The position numbers and the translations under genes were made by a program. From a bacterium (GTDB lineage: Bacteria > JAGOBX01 > DAONJL01), in assembly GCA_035405645.1 (NCBI GenBank), contig DAONJL010000011.1:37-64036 (forward strand): a stretch of 64,000 nucleotides of DNA. Direction: 5' to 3'. The notes below the pieces were generated by a model, which saw nothing but the letters and a program-made list of their open reading frames with translations, was not told the DNA's origin and searched no databases. Shown piece after piece: positions 40,805-50,705 of the stretch (its first letter is position 1; each line of letters begins with the position of its first letter).

Positions 40805-42514
40805 TTACATTTCGAGTTTTTCAGCAAGTGTATTACGCATCACTTCGACTATAGTAGTTACACCCATTGCAACTTTTTTAAATCCATCTTCGCGTAATGT
40901 GCGCATTCCATGTTCGCGTGCAACCTGTCTTAATTGTGTGGAAGAAACATTTTTTAAAACAAGTCCTTTTAATTCTTCGTCCATTACAAGTAATTCAAAA
41001 ATACCAGTTCTACCTTTATAACCTGTATAATTACATTTTTCACATCCAGCACCATGATAAAATGTTATATTTTTTGCCTCGTCTAATGGAAATTCTGCTT
41101 CTATTAATAATTCTTCTGGTGGTTTATATTCTTCTTTACATTCTGGACAAATTGTTCTAACTAATCTTTGCGCCATAATTGCTTGAATTGATGAAGCAAT
41201 AAGATAAGGATTTACACCCATATCAACAAGACGAGTAACAGCCGATGGTGCATCATTAGTATGTAAAGTAGAAAAAACAAGATGTCCAGTTAGAGCAGCA
41301 CGAATAGCAATACTCGCTGTTTCAAGGTCACGAATTTCACCGACCATAATAATATCAGGTGATTGTCTTAACATTGCTCTTAAACCATTGGCAAAATCAA
41401 GTCCAATTTCATGATTTACCTGAACCTGATTTATTCCATCAAGCATATATTCAACTGGGTCTTCAATTGTCATTATTTTTTTATCTGGTGTATTTAATTC
41501 ATTTAATGCAGAATAAAGTGTTGTTGTTTTACCAGAACCTGTTGGACCAGTAACTAATAAAATTCCATTTGGCTTTTTTATTATTTCTTCAAACATTTCT
41601 TTATGGTCACCAATAAAACCAACCTGTTCAAGACCTAATTGAACAGATGATTTATCAAGTAGACGAAGAACCACACTTTCGCCATAAATACAGGGCAATG
41701 CACTTACACGAAAATCTATATCCTTTCCCATCATTCGCATTTTTATTCTGCCATCTTGTGGTTTTCTATGTTCGGCAATATCCATTCCAGACATTAATTT
41801 TATTCTTGAAAGTATATGTCCCTGTGCTTTTTTTGGTGGACTGACTCCATATCGTAAAATACCATCTATTCTGTATCTTAATACAAGTTCTTTTTCTGAT
41901 GGTTCAATATGTATATCCGATGCATTATCTTTTAATGATTGCATTAAAATCATATTAACAAGTTTAATAATTGGTGCATCTTCGGCTCCTGCAATTAAAT
42001 CAGCTTTTTGTTCTTTTTCTTCTTCGGTTAAAACTTCACCTTCTTCTATACCAGCCAGCATTTCTTCAAGAGTTTCATCTGTCGCTCCATATAATTCATT
42101 TATTTTTTCACTTAGTTTTTCTGGAACAACTATAACGGGTTCAATTGGTTTCCCAAGAAGTATACTTAAATCATCTAACGCTTTTAAATTTGTTGGTTCA
42201 TTAAATGCAATTAATAATGTGCTATCACGAATTTCAAGCGGTATAAATTGATATTGTTGAACTGTAAGAGCATCAACACTTTTTAATAGTTTACTATCAA
42301 AATTATAATTTTCAAGGTCAACAAAACTGAAACCAAAATGGTCTGAAACAGCCTGCCAGATTTGTTCTTTTGTTAAATTTGCTTTTGTTGTTAAATAATC
42401 TATTAGCGATAATTTTTCTATTTGTTTTTGTAGCAAAATATCATCTAAATTTTCCTGTAAAATTAAACCACTTGCTACTAATATATTTCCTAATTCACTA
42501 TCACTAATATTCAT
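40805..42514 (-). CDS. GspE/PilB-family secretion ATPase (paralog 2)
   Basis: T2SSE_N domain, Walker A GPTGSGKTTTLYS, and a tetracysteine motif CPECKEEY..GAGCEKCNYTGYKGRTGIFE. 569 aa. Confidence 0.8.
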   Translation of the reverse strand: MNISDSELGNILVASGLILQENLDDILLQKQIEKLSLIDYLTTKANLTKEQIWQAVSDHFGFSFVDLENYNFDSKLLKSVDALTVQQYQFIPLEIRDSTLLIAFNEPTNLKALDDLSILLGKPIEPVIVVPEKLSEKINELYGATDETLEEMLAGIEEGEVLTEEEKEQKADLIAGAEDAPIIKLVNMILMQSLKDNASDIHIEPSEKELVLRYRIDGILRYGVSPPKKAQGHILSRIKLMSGMDIAEHRKPQDGRIKMRMMGKDIDFRVSALPCIYGESVVLRLLDKSSVQLGLEQVGFIGDHKEMFEEIIKKPNGILLVTGPTGSGKTTTLYSALNELNTPDKKIMTIEDPVEYMLDGINQVQVNHEIGLDFANGLRAMLRQSPDIIMVGEIRDLETASIAIRAALTGHLVFSTLHTNDAPSAVTRLVDMGVNPYLIASSIQAIMAQRLVRTICPECKEEYKPPEELLIEAEFPLDEAKNITFYHGAGCEKCNYTGYKGRTGIFELLVMDEELKGLVLKNVSSTQLRQVAREHGMRTLREDGFKKVAMGVTTIVEVMRNTLAEKLEM

Positions 42515-42551
42515 AAATAATCACACTAAAATATTTTTTATCAAATTTTTT

Positions 42552-44300
42552 TTAATCCCATTGTTCTTTTGGTATAGCTACTCCCGCTTCTATTGGTGCT
42601 ACTCTTATTACTTCTTCTAATGTTGTTATACCATCACAGAATTTTTTAAAGCCATCTTCTCGCATTGGTATCATTCCATATTTTAATGCAACTTTATGTA
42701 AAACATTTGCAGGTGCTTTTTTTAATATTAAACTAATCAGTTCATCATTTGGTACAAACAATTCAAAAATACCAATTCTACCTCTAAAACCAGTTTTGGC
42801 ACAATTATCACAACCAACACCTTTGTAAAAGGTTAAATGTTTATAATCTTTTGGTCGTTTACCAATTTTATAAAATAATTCATCATCTGGTTTATATGGT
42901 TTTTTACACTCCGGGCAAACAATTCGAACTAACCTTTGAGCAACAATACATCGCAATGTAGAAGTTAATAAAAATGGCTCAACACCCATATCAATTAATC
43001 TTGTGATTGCACCTGCCGCTTCATTTGTATGTGTTGAACTTAAAACAAGGTGTCCTGTAAGAGCGGATTCAATTGCAATACTCGCTGTTTCATTATCTCT
43101 TATTTCACCTATTAGTATTATATCTGGGTCCTGCCTTAATATTGCACGTAATGCAGAAGCAAAGGTAGTTCCTGCACGCTCATTTATTTGACATTGCATT
43201 AATCCTTTTACTTCATATTCGACTGGGTCCTCAACTGTTATTAGTTTATCTTCTGGTTTGTTTAATTCCATTATTCCAGCATATAATGTTGTTGTTTTAC
43301 CACAGCCTGTTGGTCCTGTTACTAATATTATACCATTTGGACATTGTAATATTTTTTGAAAATTATCCTTTACTTCTTCTATTAAACCTAAATCAGACAT
43401 TGTTAGCATTATTGCATTTTTATCAAGGATTCGTAAAACAACACTTTCGCCCCACATTGTTGGGCAGCAGGAAACTCGTATATCAATTTGTCTGCCAGCA
43501 AGTTTTAATTTTATTCGCCCATCTTGTGGTAATCTTGTTTCTGCTATATTTAAATTTGCCATTATTTTTAATCTTGAAATAATTCCTGCTTGCAAATTTC
43601 GCGGTGGCGGTGGCATTTTGATTAACACACCATCAATTCGTTCTCTTATTCTAAATGTATTTTCAAATGGTTCAAAATGAATATCACTTGCTCGGTCTTT
43701 TAGTGCTTTCATTATTATCATATTAACATATTTTATTACGGGTGTTTCATCTTCTATTGCTTCACCTGTTACACCTAATTCTGCTGATGTATCAGTTATT
43801 AGTTCTACATCAGCTTCTGAAATATTATCTACTATATCTTCTATCGCTTCAGAAGAAACATAGAATTTATCAATTGCTGAAATAATTTCTGATTCTGGCG
43901 CTAATACTGTTTCTAAATAATAACCAAGCATAATATTTATATCATCAAGTGCAGTAACATTATATGGGTCAGCAATTGCAAGTAATAATCTGCCATCATC
44001 ATATTGTTCTACTGCTATTAATTTATTTTTTCTTGCTATCTTTTCAGGTATTTTTTGAACAACTGATTCTGTTAATGGATAATTTTCAAGTTTAATATAT
44101 GGTATTCCTGTAAGCGCACTTAATGCTGCACATATTTGTTCATCTGTTGCATATTTTAATTCTTTTAATATTTCTTTCGTTTCTTTATTTCTTTTTTTTG
44201 ATAATTCTATTACTTCTTTATATTGCTCTTCTGTTATTATTTCTGATTGATATAAAACATCTTCTATGCCTATTGGTTTTTCAGTTATTATATTCTCCAT
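42552..44300 (-). CDS. GspE/PilB-family secretion ATPase (paralog 1)
   Basis: T2SSE_N domain, Walker A GPTGCGKTTTLYAG, and a tetracysteine motif CPECKKPY..GVGCDNCAKTGFRGRIGIFE. 582 aa. Confidence 0.8.
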   Translation of the reverse strand: MENIITEKPIGIEDVLYQSEIITEEQYKEVIELSKKRNKETKEILKELKYATDEQICAALSALTGIPYIKLENYPLTESVVQKIPEKIARKNKLIAVEQYDDGRLLLAIADPYNVTALDDINIMLGYYLETVLAPESEIISAIDKFYVSSEAIEDIVDNISEADVELITDTSAELGVTGEAIEDETPVIKYVNMIIMKALKDRASDIHFEPFENTFRIRERIDGVLIKMPPPPRNLQAGIISRLKIMANLNIAETRLPQDGRIKLKLAGRQIDIRVSCCPTMWGESVVLRILDKNAIMLTMSDLGLIEEVKDNFQKILQCPNGIILVTGPTGCGKTTTLYAGIMELNKPEDKLITVEDPVEYEVKGLMQCQINERAGTTFASALRAILRQDPDIILIGEIRDNETASIAIESALTGHLVLSSTHTNEAAGAITRLIDMGVEPFLLTSTLRCIVAQRLVRIVCPECKKPYKPDDELFYKIGKRPKDYKHLTFYKGVGCDNCAKTGFRGRIGIFELFVPNDELISLILKKAPANVLHKVALKYGMIPMREDGFKKFCDGITTLEEVIRVAPIEAGVAIPKEQWD

Positions 44301-45675
44301 TTTTATAATACTTTTGTGTTAAAAAATTTATAAATAATAAAAGTTGATATAATGCTTTTTTTAAAAATAAATTTTTTCTAAATAATAAATATAATTCAGG
44401 AATATAATAAAAAATTGTATCAATAATATTTTTAATAATCAAAATAATTTTTACTGATTTTAATATATTTAAATTTATGAAGATATTATTCATTATTGAA
44501 TTTGAACTGCTATTAAAAATTTTTTTTATAAAACATTCTTTAGGAACATTTATTTTTTCCTCTTTTTTATTCGCTATAAATTTATTCAATTCATATTTTA
44601 AATCAAATAAAGGAATTAAATTTTTTTCAGAAGATTTTATTATGTTTCTTATTAAATGATTTATATTTATTTTATTGTCTTTTATTGTTTCACATAATTT
44701 ATAAATATTATTTCCATTTTTTAATATTTCTTCATAACTAATATGTTTCTTATTTTGGTTTAGTTCAAATAATAATTTTATAAAAATTTTTTTTAAATCA
44801 TCATCATTAAATATTTTAATAATATTTGAAAATTCATTTAATTGTTTTATTGAAAAATTAATTTTTTTTATATCAGGATAAAATGAATAAACATATTTTT
44901 TTTCCAAATCAATTAAATTATTATTTTCAAAGAAATGAAAAATTTCTTTTATAATTGTAGCATTTTCATAATAGTAATTTAATATATTTTCATCCTCGCT
45001 GAATTTTTCATAAACAATTTCTATATCAAGAATTTCAGATTTTTTTATTTCATCTATTTCTTTAATTTTCTTACAATTTTCTGGGATTTTATTGAGTTTA
45101 ATATCATTAATATCTTCAATAGATTTGAATTTAAATTTATAGCCAATTTTCAGCATTTCTTCTATATATTCTGTAAGATTACATAATTTTAAAAAATTTT
45201 TATAATTTATTAATGTATCTAATATTGGAATTTCATATATATTTAATGATAGGAATTTTTTAACTTTGAATTCAAAGTTTATAATTGCCGCTGCACCTTG
45301 TAAATAATCCGAAAAAATCATACTATAAAATTTTTTATCACGATAATTTTTTAAAAAAACACTTTTTTCATCAAGTAAATCATGTGAAAATGTTATTATA
45401 TCAATTTTTTTATATGGATTATCTAAATAATATTTTAATAATGTTTTTACAATATCATAAATTGGATTTGTTGCAGGAAAATCTTTTATATCTTTTGAAA
45501 TTGCATAAGTAAATATTCCATCAAGTACATCATACACATCAACTGGCGATAGTTTAAATCTTGATATTAATAAATTATATGCTGATTCATTTATTTGGTC
45601 TAAATACCGATCTGGATTCAATATTATATCTTTTATTGCTTCTACTGTTTCGATTGCTTTTTCATTTATTTTCAT
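44281..45675 (-). CDS. Hypothetical cytoplasmic protein encoded upstream of and overlapping the tandem GspE genes
   Basis: 464-aa ORF whose stop overlaps the ATPase start by 20 nt. No TM segments or recognised motifs. Confidence 0.45.
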   Translation of the reverse strand: MKINEKAIETVEAIKDIILNPDRYLDQINESAYNLLISRFKLSPVDVYDVLDGIFTYAISKDIKDFPATNPIYDIVKTLLKYYLDNPYKKIDIITFSHDLLDEKSVFLKNYRDKKFYSMIFSDYLQGAAAIINFEFKVKKFLSLNIYEIPILDTLINYKNFLKLCNLTEYIEEMLKIGYKFKFKSIEDINDIKLNKIPENCKKIKEIDEIKKSEILDIEIVYEKFSEDENILNYYYENATIIKEIFHFFENNNLIDLEKKYVYSFYPDIKKINFSIKQLNEFSNIIKIFNDDDLKKIFIKLLFELNQNKKHISYEEILKNGNNIYKLCETIKDNKININHLIRNIIKSSEKNLIPLFDLKYELNKFIANKKEEKINVPKECFIKKIFNSSSNSIMNNIFINLNILKSVKIILIIKNIIDTIFYYIPELYLLFRKNLFLKKALYQLLLFINFLTQKYYKNGEYNN

Positions 45676-45783
45676 ATTTTTAATTTTTTATTTATTTTTT
45701 ATTTTTGTCAAGATTAATTTTTTAATTATCTTTTTATATATTTTTTTGTAAAATTTACTGTATGGCTTTTTATTTTTTAAGGC

Positions 45784-46131
45784 TTGACTATATTTATTGA
45801 AAATTATAAAGTTATTTTTATGAAAACAAATATTCATAATAAATTATTAGAAGCAATTAAAATATTAGAATTAGAAAATCCAGTTTCTTATAATGATGTT
45901 AAACACCAATATAAAAAATTATTAAAAAAATATCATCCTGATAAATGTCAGAAAAATAAAAAAGAATGTGAACAAAAAACAAGAGAAATTATTGAAGCAA
46001 CTAAAATATTATTAAGTTATATTGAAAATTATAAGGTTTATTTTAATTCGCAGGAAGATTCACTTCATAATTCTATTGAAGAATGGTGGTTTCAAAGATT
46101 TGGTGAAAACTATTTCTCTAACAAAGAATAA
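45784..46131 (+). CDS. Small J-domain protein
   Basis: J-domain signature YNDVKHQYKKLLKKYHPDK. The likely true start is MKTN at about 45820. Confidence 0.55.
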   Translation: MTIFIENYKVIFMKTNIHNKLLEAIKILELENPVSYNDVKHQYKKLLKKYHPDKCQKNKKECEQKTREIIEATKILLSYIENYKVYFNSQEDSLHNSIEEWWFQRFGENYFSNKE

Positions 46132-46194
46132 ATAATTTTTTTTGTTTTTATTTTGAACGAAGAGTAGGTCTCATTTAACGCCATTATTTATTTT

Positions 46195-48051
46195 TTACAT
46201 CTCGCCTTTAAAAATATATGCTATTGAAGCAAGATTAGAATTTATTTGTCTATAACAACTAATAATATCTAAAAAGATTGATGTTGATGACACTACTTCA
46301 TTTATATTTTGACAGAGATATGCATAATGTTCTTTCTTTATATCATTTTCGATTTTAATTGATTCTGTTTTTCGCTTTATTATTTCGTCTGCTATTGTTA
46401 AATCATCTTTTTCCCAACTTTCAAATAACTTTTGGAATATTTCTTCTGTTAGATTGTGATAATCTTTTAACCTTTTTAAATCTTTTTCATATAATTTTAT
46501 ATTACCATCAATCATTTTTGTCGTTAGTAGCATTATTTCTTTATTTATAATATCCGCAATGTGCTCTATATATTCTGTTATGTATAAATATGTTATTTGT
46601 AATTTTGCCTGTTCTTCTGTTAATTGTGTTTGTGATATTTGTGCTAAATATTTTTTTATTGTTTCTTCTAAATAATCTATTTTATCGTCTTCTTTTATTA
46701 TTTCTTGAACAAGTTTGCTATCACTTTTTTCAATTGCTATTATTGTATCATCAAGCATTGATTTTGTTGAAAAAGCCATTCTTAATATCTCACGTTTTGC
46801 TAATGCTAATGCTGTTTCTGGGAAAAGTAATACTTTTTCATCAAGATATTTTGTTGTTATCTTTTTCTCTGCTTTGTATGGAATAATAAGAATACTTAAT
46901 TTTGCAAGTTGTTTTGTAAATGGTAAAAAAATAATTACAGCAATTATTTTTGCGACTGAATGTGCATTTGCAATTTGTCTTGGAACATAAGTCATTATAT
47001 CCTGCATTGTTGTTGCATGAATTCCACCAGACATATATTCTATTAATCTTTCATAATGTGTAAGAAATGGGAAGAAAATAATTGTGCTTAATACATTAAA
47101 TAATATATGTGCCATTGCTGCTCGTTTTGCTTCTCTATTTGCATTTAAGGACGCAAGTAATGCTGTAACACAGGTTCCTATATTTGCACCAAATGTTAAT
47201 GGCACTGCTGCTTTTAATGTTAGCACACCTTGAAATGCAAGTGCTATATAAACACCTGTTGCAGCAGAAGAAGATTGAATTATTGAAGTAAAAATAAGAC
47301 CAACTAAAATTCCAATAACAGGATTTTCAAGTGAACGCATATAATCTATAAAGGGTTGATAATGTTTAAATGGTCCCATTACATCGCCCATTATTTTTAT
47401 TCCATAAAATAAAATACCAAAGCCTAATATTATTTCAGCAAAATTTTTTGTCTTATTTGATTTTGCTACAAAAAGAATAAAAAAACCAATTGCAATAAAT
47501 AGAAGTGCATAATCAGTTAATTTAAAAGCAACTATTTGTGCTGTTATTGTTGTTCCTATATTTGCACCTAATATTATTCCTATTGATTGTGTGAGATTCA
47601 TTAGCCCTGCATTTATTAAACCTACTACAATAACTATTGTTGCTGATGATGATTGAATTATTGCTGTTACAATTGTTCCAACCAGCACACCTAAAAATCT
47701 ATTTGCTGTTAATGTTTTTAATATTTCAGATAATTTTGAACCACCATATTTTGTTAGTCCTTTGCCCATTAAATCCATTCCATATAGAAATAATGCTAAT
47801 CCACCTAATAATCCAACTATTGTAATTATTATCCACCATTTATTCATTCCTTCTATTTCTATTATTATGTTTTTATCTGCTGTGAGTTTTGATGAAACTA
47901 ATATTAAATAATTTCCTTCTTTATCACCAATATTAAAATAATTTTGTGCTATTCCTTCTTCATTTGTTAATACAATTTTCTCATTTAAGAATTGTCCTTT
48001 TGCTTTTGATGGGCTTTTATATATTGTAAAATAAATTGGTTCATTTTTCAC
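46195..48051 (-). CDS. Na/Pi cotransporter family protein with a C-terminal PhoU-like domain (NptA/YjbB type)
   Basis: Duplicated Na_Pi_cotrans motifs (GGLALFLYGMDLMGKGL..; IQSSSATIVIVVGL; IQSSSAATGVYIAL) plus a C-terminal PhoU-like helical domain. The probable real start is ATG 47847 (MNKWW, SD GAAGGA), so 47848-48051 may be 5' UTR. Confidence 0.75.
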   Translation of the reverse strand: MKNEPIYFTIYKSPSKAKGQFLNEKIVLTNEEGIAQNYFNIGDKEGNYLILVSSKLTADKNIIIEIEGMNKWWIIITIVGLLGGLALFLYGMDLMGKGLTKYGGSKLSEILKTLTANRFLGVLVGTIVTAIIQSSSATIVIVVGLINAGLMNLTQSIGIILGANIGTTITAQIVAFKLTDYALLFIAIGFFILFVAKSNKTKNFAEIILGFGILFYGIKIMGDVMGPFKHYQPFIDYMRSLENPVIGILVGLIFTSIIQSSSAATGVYIALAFQGVLTLKAAVPLTFGANIGTCVTALLASLNANREAKRAAMAHILFNVLSTIIFFPFLTHYERLIEYMSGGIHATTMQDIMTYVPRQIANAHSVAKIIAVIIFLPFTKQLAKLSILIIPYKAEKKITTKYLDEKVLLFPETALALAKREILRMAFSTKSMLDDTIIAIEKSDSKLVQEIIKEDDKIDYLEETIKKYLAQISQTQLTEEQAKLQITYLYITEYIEHIADIINKEIMLLTTKMIDGNIKLYEKDLKRLKDYHNLTEEIFQKLFESWEKDDLTIADEIIKRKTESIKIENDIKKEHYAYLCQNINEVVSSTSIFLDIISCYRQINSNLASIAYIFKGEM

Positions 48052-48264
48052 TGGCTGATTATTATCGTCTAATAATTGTATTATTATTGGTTGTTCAAAC
48101 TTTTGATTTATTATTCCTGTTAATTTTTGTTGACCCGGCTTAAATGTTTTATTAATTAACTAATAAGAAAAAGAATGAGAAATAATTGAAAGGAAAATAA
48201 ATAAACAAATAAAAAATTTTTTTCTCAATATATTAATCAACTCCTATTATAATTTTTAAAATTT

Positions 48265-48319
48265 TTATTGACTTTTTAAATTAAAAAATTATAATAACTA
48301 AAATTTTTAAAGTCAATAA
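48265..48319. promoter_or_regulatory. Palindromic divergent promoter pair: TTATTGACTTT (48265-75) and AAAGTCAATAA (48309-19) flanking a shared ATTATAAT -10
   Basis: Plus strand: TTGACT 48267-72, 17-nt spacer, TATAAT 48290-95, pointing to pit. Minus strand: TTGACT (rc of 48311-16), 17-nt spacer, TATAAT (rc of 48288-93), pointing to the Na/Pi cotransporter. The arms are perfect 11-bp inverted repeats separated by 33 bp. Confidence 0.5.
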
Positions 48320-48337
48320 AAAAAGGAAAAAATTTTA

Positions 48338-49282
48338 ATGTGGCAATTAATTGGTGGTATTTATTTAGGCTGGGGTATTGGTGCTAATGATTCTGCTAAT
48401 GTCTTTGGCACTGCGGTTTCTACGCGTGTAATTAAATGGTCAACTGCTGTTATAATAATTTCAATTGCTGCTATATTAGGAAGTTATTTACAGGGCGGTC
48501 CAACTGTTAAATTTGTAAAAACAAAACTTGGTGAAATAAAAGATTTACAACAGGGATTTATTGCTTCGTTTAGTGCTGCTGTAACAGTAATGATTTTAAC
48601 TATATTAGCAATACCAACATCAACTTCACAGGCAACTGCTGGTGCGATTATTGGTATGACGCTTGCCTTTGGTGGTTCACCAAATTGGGCTGGTCTTGTT
48701 AAAGCTTTTATTTGTTGGGTTTTTACTCCCATTGGTGCTGCTTTTTTTTCTGTTATCTTGTTTTATATATTTTAAAAATTTATTAATCGAATTAAAAATA
48801 TTATAATAATAAATAGAATAGTTTTAATTGGCACATTAATTTCTGGTGCTGTTGCAGCATATTCACTTGGCGCTAATAATTGTGGTAATGCAACTGGATT
48901 TTTTTATCAACCAGAAAGTAAATCAATTTTATTAAACAATTTAAATATTCTTGCTTTAATCGGTGGTATTTCAATTGCTTTAGGTGCGTTGACTTATTCA
49001 AAGAAAGTTATGTTAACTGTTGGTGAAGGTATTACTCAACTTGACCCTATGAGTTCTCTTATTACTGTTTTTTCACAGGGTATTACTGTCTGGATTTTTG
49101 CTATTGTTGGTGTGCCTGTTTCTACTTCACAGGCTGTTGTTGGTGCGGTTATGGGTATTGGCTTTGTAAAAGGTATGAAATCAGTTAATTTTAAAAAGTT
49201 ATTTCAAATTTTTCTTGGTTGGTTTTCTACGCCGCTTAGTTCTGGGATTGTTGCTTTTATTATTTCGAAAATTTTTAGTTGA
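48338..49282 (+). pseudogene. pit: PiT-family inorganic phosphate transporter interrupted by a single in-frame TAA (48773-48775)
   Basis: N-terminal half (48338-48772) carries GIGANDSANVFGTA and the C-terminal half carries SLGANNCGNATGF. These are the two PiT signature repeats, they are in the same frame, and one TAA separates them. No ATG, GTG or TTG is available to start the second half before its signature. Confidence 0.6.
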
Positions 49283-49349
49283 CTTAATTTTATTTATAAT
49301 ATTATTTTTAAAATAGATTATTGTTATTTCAAAATAAAGGGAGGTTATA

Positions 49350-50003
49350 ATGTTTTTCAAAGGTAAAAAAGAAAATAAAGTAATAGAATTAATGTCTGAA
49401 CATTTAGATAAAATTGAAGAAGTTATTATTGAATTTAATGATTTAATAAATTGTTATTGTAATGGCATCACCTGTGATGCTTTGAAAGAAAAATCTTATA
49501 AAGTTCATTTAAAAGAACATGAGGCTGATGAAATTAGAAGAAAAATTCAAACAGAATTATTAGCAGGTGCTTTTCTTCCTTTTTATAGAGAAAATTTTAT
49601 TAAAATACCTGATATGATTGACCAGATTGCCTCTGATGCTGTTCAAATTAGTAAAGATTTATTTTTAGAATTTATTCAATTACCTGATGAATTAAAAAAT
49701 TATTTAAGACAAATTTCTGCTGCTATTTTAGATACTTTAAGAAAATTTATTGAAATGTTTGATTTTATTCCTGATGAGATTGATAAAGTTATTGAATACT
49801 CTCATGAAGTTTCAAAATGCGAACAAAAAGTTGATAAATTAGAATGGGCTGCAAAAGTATATATTTTTAAAGAAAATAAAACACTTGATAAAGTTGATAA
49901 AATTATTTGTAATTCATTAGTTACTAAAATTGCTGATATTGCGAATGTTATTGAAGATGCTGCGGATTATATAAATCTCACTATGATAAAAATGAAGATT
50001 TAA
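49350..50003 (+). CDS. DUF47 / PhoU-like PiT accessory protein (COG1392)
   Basis: MFFKGKKENKVIELMSEHLDKIEEV.. is the typical N-terminus of the Pit-associated PhoU-like protein. Helical, 217 aa, adjacent to pit. Confidence 0.6.
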   Translation: MFFKGKKENKVIELMSEHLDKIEEVIIEFNDLINCYCNGITCDALKEKSYKVHLKEHEADEIRRKIQTELLAGAFLPFYRENFIKIPDMIDQIASDAVQISKDLFLEFIQLPDELKNYLRQISAAILDTLRKFIEMFDFIPDEIDKVIEYSHEVSKCEQKVDKLEWAAKVYIFKENKTLDKVDKIICNSLVTKIADIANVIEDAADYINLTMIKMKI

Positions 50004-50692
50004 TGAATATTATAAAAAATTTTTTTCAAAATAAAAAAAGATTTCTTAAATTTATTTTCTCAGAAAAAATTAATAAAAAAATAACTGAAATTGCAATAAA
50101 TCCTCTTCTTATTGAAACATTAAATTATAAAAATATCCTCGTCTTTGCGCCTCATATTGATGATGAAATGATTGGTTGTGGCGGAACTTTATTAAAAATA
50201 AAAAAAGAAAATAACGCTAATATTCAAATATTTTACTTAAAAAAAACAGATGAACGAATAAAAGAAGCAGAAGAGGTTTGTAAAAAATGTTGTTTTGAAA
50301 TTATCGACAGTTATCAAAAAACAATTAATATGTGTGATTTGATTTTCTTACCTTCTTTTTTAGAAAATCATAAAACACATATTTTAACTTTTCATACTAT
50401 TATAAATAATTTAAAAGTGTTTAATTATTCTGGTGATATTTTTCTTTATAATATCTGGTCTATTTTATTTCCAAATATTGTTATTGATATTTCTGATTAT
50501 ATAAATGAAAAATTAGAATGTATTAAATTTTATAAATCTCAGTTAATATCAAAAAATTATGTGCACATTACAAGAGGTTTAAATGCTTATTATTCAATAT
50601 ATTTACCACAACATCAAAATAATGAAAAATATGCTGAAATTTTTTTTAAGACCAATATAAATGAAATTAATTTAATAAAAAATTTTTTTTAA
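50003..50692 (+). CDS. PIG-L/LmbE-family N-acetylglucosaminyl deacetylase
   Basis: Signature VFAPHIDDEMIGCGGTLLK, i.e. the HxDDE..G.GG metal-binding motif. Confidence 0.6.
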   Translation: MNIIKNFFQNKKRFLKFIFSEKINKKITEIAINPLLIETLNYKNILVFAPHIDDEMIGCGGTLLKIKKENNANIQIFYLKKTDERIKEAEEVCKKCCFEIIDSYQKTINMCDLIFLPSFLENHKTHILTFHTIINNLKVFNYSGDIFLYNIWSILFPNIVIDISDYINEKLECIKFYKSQLISKNYVHITRGLNAYYSIYLPQHQNNEKYAEIFFKTNINEINLIKNFF

Positions 50693-50705
50693 AAGGATAA
50701 TTTTT

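Noticed and set aside
48773-48775. Genome-wide stop-codon reassignment as an explanation for the in-frame TAA in pit
   Set aside because: TAA, TAG and TGA each terminate conserved, full-length genes in this window (e.g. clpC TAA, ilvE TAG, mcsA/hisH TGA) with downstream genes starting immediately. A recoded genetic code is therefore unlikely.
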